A DNA stretch of 64,000 bases from Zygnema circumcarinatum SAG 698-1b (lineage: Eukaryota > Plantae > Zygnematophyceae): assembly GCA_037447605.1 (NCBI GenBank), contig CM074804.1, forward strand, positions 5,929,909-5,993,908, read 5' to 3'. This document shows positions 50,079 to 64,000 of this stretch, piece by piece (the first letter of the stretch is position 1; every line of letters begins with the position of its first letter). The notes under the pieces were generated by a model. It worked only from the letters and a program-made list of their open reading frames with translations, was not told the DNA's origin and made no database searches. A program made the position numbers and the translations under genes.

Positions 50079-50162
50079 CATTGAACTCACGATGGCGAGG
50101 CCATCAAATGTACATGGACAAAAGCAAAATGTGGAACCACGGACTGGTCGCAAAGGACCTAA
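50079..50162 (+). repeat. Repeat family A, copy 2
   Basis: CATTGAACTCACGATGGCGAGGCCATCAAATGTACATGGACAAAAG...ACTGGTCGCAAAGGACCTAA. Confidence 0.85.
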
Positions 50163-50759
50163 ACACAATAAAACGAAGCTATAAGAGCGGAAAACTACGC
50201 GATAAAAATTTGCTAGCGTGGCCAATTGTAATTGGGTTCGAGAGAATGGAGAAAAGGCCAAGATGGTTGTGACGTGACCGGCGACGTGCCACCCCTGGCC
50301 GGATACCGCGCTGCTGGTCTCTGTCTGGGCGGGCAGACGTCAAAACGTTCGCTTCCCTGCCCGATCCGAGGGCGGTAATTCTGAAGTAGCCCTCCGACGG
50401 CTGCGTGGAAAGTTTCCGCGCCAAATGCCGCAATTTGAGGTCGCTGATTGGCCCCAGCCTCCGTCGGGCAAGACGGGCACCTGAAAACGTTATTCGGAAT
50501 CTACCAGCGATTGGGGCGGCGCGCTGACCGAAAAACTTTCTTGCCGAGGGCGCGAGCGTCAGCTGCTGCCCGGCTGCCCGGCTGCCCGGCTGGCTGGGCG
50601 GCCATTATTGGCGGCCCTTAGCCCTAATCCGGGCCCAGCCCTAACCCTAATCCGCGAGACCGGCATAGCGCCTCTCGCTCCGCCTCACCCTGCGAGGAGG
50701 AGAAGCAGCTCCTGCTCTTTCCCCAGTGCGGCTCTCTCGCCTCTCTGCGGCAGGCAGCC

Positions 50760-54339
<3,580 letters not shown>

Positions 54340-55124
54340 GAGGACAGGAGGAGCTGGTGCCAGCTCAGTAATCACGAAGAGACGTACAACCAGCTCGTGG
54401 CGGAATTGAAATTCTTCTGTAAATCTAGTCCAGAAAGAGTATAATTAGGTAGTCTAGTTCAGGCTAATAGGTTATCCTCTGCTGTAGTCCTCCTCTACTT
54501 AGTTTGGGCTGTGTCATTCAACACAGCGCCTCTTCCCTTTCTGCTTCTTCCTTTAGAAGCCTTCTATTGTAAGCCATGCCTTGGCGTAGGTGCAGGTACT
54601 GATCCGCCCGCTTCTTGCACAAGTGGATCTCCTCGTCAGTTAGCCAACCACTGCCACGTGTGTACATATAACGGTACAATTCTATGAGCTGAATTGCAGC
54701 GTTTGACTCCTCAATGAGCACATGTGCGGGGAGGAACACTGCTGACGCCGTCATTCTTCTTGGTGGACTCAGACTTTTCTTACTGTGGATCATAGTACCA
54801 TGACCAATCAGTAAAAGGTTGTAAATTTCCTCACTTCTGGAGCTTTTAACAGGAATCATCATTTGCTTCTGTTTGGTCTGTATGCCGAGCGGTCGACTAC
54901 ATCACATACGAATGTGGTATTCCTCATATGCCAAGTGGAGAGGCTGCAGTTGCTGGAGGGTTGAAGGTCCAGTAAACTAACATCGCCAAGAATAGCCATA
55001 GGCTCATAAAAAGGGGACAAGAAAACGAATTGCCTTTTTGCTCGGTGCGGTAAAGCACGAAAAGAATTTACATTTAAAAAAAAAACAAATATTCGCCCGA
55101 CACGCTGCCAACACGAACGAAACT

Positions 55125-58100
55125 TTACGGCAGCTTTCTCGGCAGCCTGCTTGGCAACTTTTTAGGCAGCGGAGGGAACTGAGAAGGCGAGGTAAAAGAC
55201 ATGGGATCCAACGACCTCCCCTGGTCGCTGAAGTCATCACTCCCATAGCTGTCCATACCCACGCTCTTGCCACCTGTCCCATCCGCCGTCCTGTGTCCCG
55301 CTGGCACAAAGGAGTGGATATTCACGCCTTTGTGGAGTCCCCGGACAGCGGGGGACATGCTGGGCTCCTCCACGCTGCTGGGCCATGCATGGGATCTGTC
55401 GCTCATGCTCATGGCCATGCGCTCCGGCGTCTGATCATCATCATCATCATCATCCGATGACTCCGATGGCTCCTCTCCAACAGATTCGTTATCTGTGCGG
55501 TCTTCGCCCTCACTTGCCTGCTCCGATTCTGACTCGCTACTGCTGTAACTGGGCTGCTGCCATTTGATGTATATCGGCTTGATGTACCTGGAAGCAGCAC
55601 AAAGAATCAAATGACCAGACTATGAAGAGCTGAACGCCAGGTGCAGATGGATAGCAGTCACTCTGGAAATGAAGAATGCAAATAAAGGGTAGCTCGTTAA
55701 TATCAAACCCCGTATAAACGGTTTGAAACCCTACTTGTAGATTGGACATGCAACCTTCTTAGTTCATGTTGAAAGTGCTAACGACTTTTGGAGTGCGAAA
55801 TGCATCGTCGCTTAAGGCCTACCAAGTGATGTAAATGCAAAAGGGAGCCACCCTCGTAAGGGTCTACAATCGTATGCTTACCCAACAACATCCAATGGAG
55901 AATGCAAATTTGCATGGATAGTGTTGACCTACTTGTTGGACTGTCGAAGAAGATATGGATCAAACGGAAAAAACATATCCAGCCGATGCTCGCCCCCAAA
56001 GCTCAGACCAGGCGGGAGATGTTGCCCTGTGTACACATCCCGCAGCTTCTGACAGTCCAGCAGCTTGGCAGCGGTCGCCTGCCGCTCAAACTCCTGCACT
56101 ACTGACTCCAAGCATGTCTGCACATTCCCACGCCCACTCCCTGCTATCTATGAGACTGTTATAGCCAGTCAATACACACACAACAAGCCAGGGGGTCGCC
56201 ATCAGTGATTTCTAGAAAAGATTCAGGTCTCGTATTTGACCCACCAAAAAAAAACGACAAGGAAACCAATCTTATCAGCAGTAGAAGTGACTGAGAGATG
56301 AATCTTTACAGAACAATGACGGCATGGCAATTATCACAGGTAAACTGTAGGACGAACTCCTTCAGCTTAATAAAGCCCAGACACATGGCAATGAGTGAGA
56401 GAGGTGGAACAGTGGAAGCTCACAGCAAGAGGGTTCAAGGAGCTGGTGAGAGGCCGCTGTAGGGGCAGGGCCCGGACCGCCGCCTCCTGCTCGGGGTCCT
56501 CCAGAAGCTGCTGAAGGCGGTAGCAGAGCACGTACAGAATGGCCTGCCATGGCTCCTCCCTCAACCATCATCAGGGCTGCGCACAGGGCGGCATGACAAG
56601 CAGTAGAATGAAGCAGACTAGAAGGGGCGCGTATGCTCGACTAAAATACAAGAACGTATCAACTGGATAGTGCGGCTAATTCTGTGAACACACACAACTT
56701 CTTCGTTAACATAAGAACTGATAGAGCAGCAGCTCCGCAGCAGTAGATAGCAGGATTCTCAATGTTGTAGCGACCTGGCATGCAGAATAGAAGACACTGT
56801 GGCGCAGTACTCCGGATGAGCTTCCATAAGGACTCGACAGCAGCGACATGCTTGAGACTCTATCTGCCTGCTGCCTCTCCCTCTCCTCCTCCAAGTTCGC
56901 GTACTTCACACACCAAGAAGAGAGTCTGCTCACCACATGCGAGGCCAAAGGCAGGATTAGCAGCACATGCATCACAGGTTCCCAGGCAAGCCCTCTTTAT
57001 TCAAGCTGCTCTCCCTGCATCACTTCACATTATAAGGGTGTTAGTTTAACGATGTTGCCATACAGACTGCCACACTGACCCATCCACACTTCGCGACATT
57101 ACGATTCTTGCGACCAGAAAGACAAGAGTAGCAAAGAACTGATCTTGAAGACCAGATTACGAAAGAATGCTATGGGTGCATGCGAGGCACACCTTGTGAG
57201 GCAGTTCATGACAACGGAGAGTGGCAAATCTTTCAATCGAGCCAAGAAACTTGCCAGATACGCTGCTGCAGACATTCTGCCAAAGACAGTCAGACACTAG
57301 CTCCATATGTCAGCGACTGCAATTTGATGAAAGCTAGAAGAATTCACGTCATTGTGATAGGAAATACAATCAAAATGGCTAGCATATCCCTTAAATGTTT
57401 CAGCCAGTCCCGGCTGACAAGCTGGTGTGCTCACAGCTTTCACATTCATCTGCTATGTAATCCAAACAAGCATCAATGCCACTGTCTAAGGTTCATTCCA
57501 CTGACCTGGTATCTACATTGTGAGTGGGTGAAACTACGAGGTTGCATAGCAAGTCAGCAAAGTCGCCTCCATGTGAGGTGGGGGCGAGGGAGCAAAGAAA
57601 AAGCAGGAGAAACTGTTCCTCCAACCAGTGCGCACAGGCGTCAGTTTCTCTCATTGAGGTCTGCCGCTGAGACAATGCCCAAATGACTGCTACAAAATCT
57701 CGAAGCAAAGGCATGCCATACATGCTCTATTTAACCAAGTTCCTAGTCCTTGAAAAGTGTTCCTCGTCGGCATGCGAGCCCCACATTTTCAGATGAATGT
57801 CCAACTTATGGCCAATGCACCCCCCCATCGTGCCGTTGGGCTTACCTGGGTGAATTTTGACTTATGTGTGTCCAAGATTGTGGTTAGGAAAGATCGCTCG
57901 AGGGCTTTGTATACCTGGCCATAAAAAAAATAACAAAAAAAGGTCAGATATAATCCGTCCCAATTCCAAAAAGGAGGACTAGATTATTTAAAGTGAAGTT
58001 GTATCAAAAGTCCACCCTAAACAGCTCAAGTTCTCATATCCGGAGCTTCACCATTCACAATGTGGAGGGATGTGGCATTGATCTCACGATGGCGATGCCA

Positions 58101-61100
58101 TCAAATGTACATGGACAAAATCATCATGGGGAAATATCAAAGAAAAATATTCACAAATATGCTTACTAAGTAGAATCCTTTTCTGGAGGAGACTAGCGCG
58201 ACTGCAAAATACTTTTCCCTTATTTCCCTTTCCCCTCTACTTTTTTTCTTTCCCTTAGTTCAACAGAATTAGTCCACTCAATATTCAGCAGCCAGAGTAG
58301 TCGAGTGTGAACAGAGATGCAAAACCATTAACGATGGCTCTACCACCTAGAATTCCAAGTTACTCGTCACGAGCAATCTCAAGGACCTGCGCTGCAGATC
58401 TTAATGCATGCATTAGTGCGCCAATGAGCCCGCCGACCCTTCACAACAACAAGCGACAAACTGACCTGCTGTATCTCCCCTCGACTCGCGCGCAATTGAA
58501 TGTGCTCCATCGTCATGCACATCATCTCGTCCATCTTATTTGCCATTTCGTCCAATGTTGGGACAGGCCTGCCCCGCGGCCCAAGCAAGCCGTGCTGCTT
58601 TGCAGCCTGCGCCCTCCCACCGCCTGTCAGCTCACTCTCACCCCCTCCCTCTCGCCTTCTACTCGACTCTGAACTCGCGTCATGAGCGAAGCAGGAGGGC
58701 TTACACCCAAACAGTTAAGAACGGCGGTGCCTGAGCTTCGGGAAAATGGGTGTGACAAGAATTACCTCAGATATGTCAGACAGCAAAGATGTGTATAGAA
58801 ATACAACAGCCTATTGCTTTGTCACTAAATATTTACACACAACATCCTCCAAAAACCAAAAGAAAAAGGTCCTCCACCTCACTGCCAGGAGCTGAAGCCT
58901 CACTTCTCCCTTGCTCTGTGGGTAAGATCTCCTCGTCGCTCTCGTCATCCAAGTCCATGTGAAAAAGGTACACCTTGCTGTTCTTTCTTACTACTTCCTC
59001 TTGTTGCGCAATGTCCTCCCACCTGATTTCAACCTGATCCCAATTTCCAAAACGTAAAGAGCTTACCCATCACAGCAAAAACCTTACTTCCCTATCACAC
59101 AAATAGCAGAAACACATATGTCATCTGACAGCTTTTTTTCTTTTTTTTTTGTTGAATGCCCCTGACAATGCTGCTACCAAATGATAACGGAAATGAAAAA
59201 AACTTACATCAATTTCGATCAGCCGGTCTATAATTGCTGCTAGCAAATGGTCGCTCAGAGCTGTCCATGCCCTTCCTTCCGCGAGTCTAAATATTCCGAC
59301 CATGTACAGGTTCTGAAACTGCATTTTCCCAACCCTTCCCAATTTGAAGTCAGAGCGGCTCGTCCATCATTAAAAACAATGCCTCACCAACTGACTCGTT
59401 CAAAAAACAGAAGGTCTCCATAACAAAGCAGCCTTAGTACATTTTTGAAGTGTGATCTACAGGCCAGCAGGCTGTACACAAAGAAAGGGAGCAAATACTG
59501 CTATACAAAATCAACTGTTGCAACAAATCGAAGCAAAAATCATTCTAATTCTTTCACCAAAATCATTCTGATTCTTTCAGATTGACCTGAAAAACTTGAG
59601 GATACACAACATTTCTGACTGCATGAGGAGTGCAGGTAGACCTGTAAATGTGTGAAAACGTAGCAAAGAAGTTTAGCCTAAACAAGCCCGCGAACATTAC
59701 ACGGCCTTCCAGCATTGAATACAGAATGAGACGAGAAGTCATGAGCGTTCGCAAAATGACAATCCTACACCAATGTTCATTTAAGCAAGACGGGCTCTCA
59801 CAAGTCATTATACAGGCACGTTCAGTTCCCTCTTAGAATCTCAGATTCGTTATGAGCGCTTTAATAAGAACAGGACTCCACTGATGGACTACTTCGTGAT
59901 AGATGATCTGCAAGAATGGCAGTCAATGTTCCCATCTCATTACTCCCAGCAAAAAACGTGTATTGGACCCAAACAACGCACCTCCTTTTCCACTCGGCGG
60001 TGCGGCATCTTCTGAATGATGATAGTCTGCAGTCTCGCTGGAACGGTGGGGACCAGTTCCGAGATGCGATCTAAGGTAACATGCACGCGATCCAAAACTT
60101 CATCTTTTCGTGCCAAATCTTCTCGCTTCCGCTCCTTTGCTTTCAAAATGGCCGCTACCCCATTCTCCTCACCCCGCCGCAATACTTCCATGAATGCGGG
60201 AATCCCACAAGATGGTGGCAGGAAGTTCCTGACCAACATATCTAAACATAGATGCAGAAGTGCAGGGTTTGCTGCCACCTGTAACCCGCAAAAAAGTGAT
60301 CATTTGTCCTTTGTGTTTCAACAATCACTCAAGGGATCACCTCTAGAAACTGCAACACACCTAACAGCTTCCCACCGTAAATTGCCAACTAATCTTGGGT
60401 TTCCGTTCAGATTAAGCCATTAGATCTAAAGCGACAAAAACAGTCATATGATTAAAGCCTATAGATAAAGAAATTTTAGTGATCGCATCCAGCTGTAGAG
60501 CATACTAAAATAATTCCCAGCTCGACCTCACCAACTTGAAGTAAGTGAAAGCATCACATGACAGAACAAGGAATATGTGTGAATGAAGGCCAAGTAGAAG
60601 ACCAAATGAAAGCTTGCAACGAAGACCACCCCAATAAGTTGGTTCATTAGCACTCAAAATTCCTACCCAAAGTTTGATTTCGCCAGAAATGACTGTGTCC
60701 GAAATCTGGCGAAATCTACATTTAGACCATCTCTCAATAAACTTTAGCTCATAGGTCGCCCAGTCCCATTTCAAGATACTTCCACTGGTTGGAACAAGCT
60801 GGAGTTTTCATCCTAAGTTACGAAAATCTACCATACGCTAAAGTTAAAGTAGCTCCTACAATAATACATACCAGATTGACGACAAACTCTAGAACCACAT
60901 CCGCGACTTCGTTTGAACAAGTCCACAAACTTGTGCCCAGAATCTGCAACCATCAAGCAGCCACCGTACCTTTCAGCTGCTGACCATTAGCAACAATGCA
61001 ATGCACAAAAGAAAAAGCGTCACGAAAGCATGACCTTGCTGTCAGGCCAGAATTCGACTACCTACAATTGGACCTTACGGGACTAATGGCATGACTGCTG

Positions 61101-62869
61101 ACACAATTAAACTTGTAAGAATCGGTATTGATGTTTGTGGAGTCCATCAGCTGATACAGCGTCGCACAAGCGAGCCACTTGAGACAGGTGAAGATCTGGC
61201 TGGTATCAGTAATTGGTGTTAGATTAGTTCTCCACATGGGGTATGTACACATAGAGCTAAAAGAACATGTTGCCTCTCTTCGAAGTAAAAATACTAAATC
61301 AGTCTAGAATTCACTAAATACAAGAGGCAATTGTCTTCTGCTGGAACTCTGCCAAGGGGGGACCTCAAGCAGGCATAACCGCTATATTTACACAGCTGTA
61401 ACTTCAGCGTAAGGCATGTTCTTCGACAAATTATAGCCCTTCCCAACTTATGCCGGATGTGGGAAATTTAGAGCGAAAACTGATTCAGCAGACCCTTTGA
61501 AAGAAACACCTGCATCAATAGAACTTCATGGGCTCGTTCGTCGAAGTACGAAACACACTGGACAAAAACACGAAGTTGCGCCTGCAAAAAAAGCACATAC
61601 GCACTCGCAAATAAGAAACTCATCAAATGAGTGAGCAATAAGCTTCAACCAGCTCAGGAGGTTGACGTTGAAGTTGGTAGTAGTGATTCGCAACCACAAA
61701 TGAAATCTTCAAACTTCTTTTCCCGTGCCTTAATGTTTAAACCGTAAGTCTACATTGCCACGAACATACAAATAAACATGAGTAGTTGTGTGCACACAGG
61801 CAAAAATTTCGCTTGTTATAAGGAATTCCTGGAGAAATATCTAAAAGACTACCAATGCAGTCAGTAAATTGCTCCGATGAGGCAGGCACAATAACAAATC
61901 ATAGCTATATGTCACGAAGACATTTGAGAGCACACGGCCTCAACCTTTAACGTCCATCGTGAGGTTAAAAAAATGTACATAGTGAGCTCTCAAGGTTATC
62001 TGCTGTTCAGCTCCATGCTATTACAAAAATCTTCCCAACGTTAATGATTTAAAGGGCTTTCAAATTAAAATTTACATTGGTTATCACATAGGATCGTCGA
62101 ATTTCTTTCCGTGCAAGATAAAAGTAAGCGCCAACCAATAGCTATATGGCTCCAATTGCTGATAAAAAGAGAAATTATGATAAAATTCGAAAGAACCTTG
62201 CTTCGACCGCACACTTCTGAGGTTGTTTCTCGGATAATGTGCAGAGCCAAGGTTACGAATTGCTTTAAGATGTGAATTTCATCGAAATTGTTTTTTGTTT
62301 GGTGCTTTTTTTTGTGATTCTTTGTCTCCATGTTCCTATACTTATTTCTGTCGTCCCAGTAAAATCATTTTTATAAATCACACATGAGGCATACCATGGT
62401 GCCGAGACTTACCACGTCCTGAAAAATAGAATCAATCTGTTCAAGCAGCAGTGAATACTGGGTGCTGTTCCCCTGTAAAACACAGTCATATGCCACACCC
62501 CCTCCAAACATCAGAAATTCAAAAGTACAAATAAATGAAAAACGGGCTATGAAGGAGGGTTCTATTTCAAAGGAAGCTTCCAATAAAACTGCAACTTCCA
62601 CGCAAAACTCGCAACCTCCCGCTTCGAAAGCTAATTAAAAAAACTAAAGCATCTATTTTAATTGCAATTCACTCTCTGTCTATCAGGGAAATGATGAACA
62701 GCTGTAGCTCCCTACCGACCTCCTTCTTGGACTCCAGTGCCATAACAATCTTCTGTCGCAGGAGGTTCAGAGGTTCAGAAGCCGCCATTCCTTCATCCTT
62801 CCGGAGCTTCTGGGCAGACTGAGAGCTTTGGCGGCTCATGACTGCCGCTCTCCAAGCCTCAGAGCCCAT
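55125..62869 (-). CDS. RRN3: RNA polymerase I-specific transcription initiation factor RRN3 (TIF-IA), multi-exon
   Basis: Exons read MAASEPLNLLRQKIVMAL; LHLCLDMLVRNFLPP; HVTLDRISELVP..LQTIIIQKMPH; IIDRLIEIDV; ANKMDEMM; FLTTILDTHKSKFTQ|FLLLFLCSL; RLDMFFPFDPYLLRQS; acidic last exon with stop at 55125. Not every exon boundary was mapped. Confidence 0.92.
58067..58133 (+). repeat. Repeat family A, copy 3 (in an RRN3 intron)
   Basis: GGGATGTGGCATTGATCTCACGATGGCGATGCCATCAAATGTACATGGACAAAATCATCATGGGGAA, with ATTCACAA direct repeats nearby at 58053 and 58149. Confidence 0.85.
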
Positions 62870-63560
62870 GGCGTCCGCGCTCCCTCTCCTTCCCTCTCCT
62901 CGCTCCTCCCCTCTCCGCCCTCCCCGCAGAGTGGCTGCCAGTTGCGGGCGCCGCCAGTGGTCTAAGCGCGAGCACTTCGTCGGCCGCGGGCAGAGCAGGG
63001 CAGCGGGAGGGACAGGTCCCGTGTTCGAGCATTCGGCCGTACGTCCGTCCGTACGTGCGGCCGCCTACCGCCCGTCCGTCGCTCCCATGTTTTTGGCGCC
63101 GACCGACATGCTTCGATTTGCCATTGGTCGCATCCATCCATCCCCGCGCCGCGCCACCAAGTAAAAGTATTCGCCGCCGAACTACCGGACCGTGCGGCGA
63201 CAGAGAGAGAGAGAGAGAGAGGGAGCGTGCGCGGAGGGAGGGGGAGGATGAGTGTCACTGAGAGGGGGTGGAGACTGGAAAGTGTCGGCGAGTGCTCGCT
63301 GAGTTGCTTTGTTTCCACATGCATGCATGCACTCATGCCCACGGTCAAATTCTTGGGGTTTAAAAGGCCGGGATAAATTTGGAGAGTTTGTGTTATGTCG
63401 GGCTTGTCACCACCCTGCATTTCATCCGGCCACCGACTCAGAGCAAGGAGAGTTCAGAAGGCTCAGGACGTCCACCGTTGAGAAGCTACAGAGTGCACAG
63501 GTGCAAGTTGTAAGGTGAAGTGAATCAACCATTGAGGTCAATGAACGCTTCGAATGTAAA

Positions 63561-63662
63561 TGAGGTCCAGGTGACCACGATGACCAGTTCCTCGTGGTTC
63601 CCCATGATGATTTTGTCCATGTACCTTTCATGGCATCGCCATCGTGAGATCAATGCCACATC
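63561..63662 (-). repeat. Repeat family A, copy 4 (upstream of RRN3)
   Basis: Reverse complement: GATGTGGCATTGATCTCACGATGGCGATGCCATGAAAGGTACATGGACAAAATCATCATGGGGAACCACGAGGAACTGGTC...GGACCTCA. Confidence 0.85.
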
Positions 63663-64000
63663 ATTCTTACTTCAACCGTAACAGGGGCAAGAACAATCGC
63701 ATATAGATGCACTACTTGCACGTCAAATTCAGACGCTAACCGTTCTGCCAATCACAAGACAAGCAATTAACAATTCCGTTGGTGAAACGTGAATGTGCGT
63801 CCCTCAATGCTACTACCATTTTCACTGCACATAAAATAAATTACATCAACAAAACGGCTTCAAAACTGCGTCGCGGCCACAAGCAGGCATCTCATCCGAC
63901 TGTTTTGCTGAGAGGAAAGAAGCGTTGTGGAAACAGAGACGCCTCCCGCCCACCCACAGGATGTGCAGGATGCAAGAGGCCCTCCGAGACTTCAACTGTG

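Overview
Gene-dense, intron-rich eukaryotic nuclear DNA from a streptophyte plant. The plant-type ubiquitin, PsbP-domain gene, RLK/Pelle kinase, ATL RING and class-IV ACBP support this; the compact layout suggests a charophyte alga or bryophyte (inference). I reconstructed 12 spliced protein genes by hand: U2AF65-like (partial, -), MND1 (-), a receptor-like pseudokinase (+), ubiquitin-RPS27a (-), ACBP4-like Kelch protein (+), NIPA9-like transporter (-), two AVT1 amino-acid transporters (+ and -), PPD5 (-), a small BRAWNIN/UQCC6-like gene missing from the ORF track (+), an ATL RING-H2 ligase (+) and RRN3 (-). Non-coding features are an 877-bp non-autonomous hAT-type element with an 8-bp TSD, five copies of an unrecognised ~100-bp dispersed repeat, several microsatellites, G-box clusters and a promoter-clustered GTCCGTAC motif. 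I saw no rRNA, tRNA or CRISPR array. The best novelty candidate is a catalytically dead RLK whose ectodomain carries two copies of an unfamiliar 6-Cys module, each on its own phase-1 exon. Most short ORFs in the supplied track are antisense shadows or microsatellite artefacts. Family assignments come from recalled motifs, not database searches.
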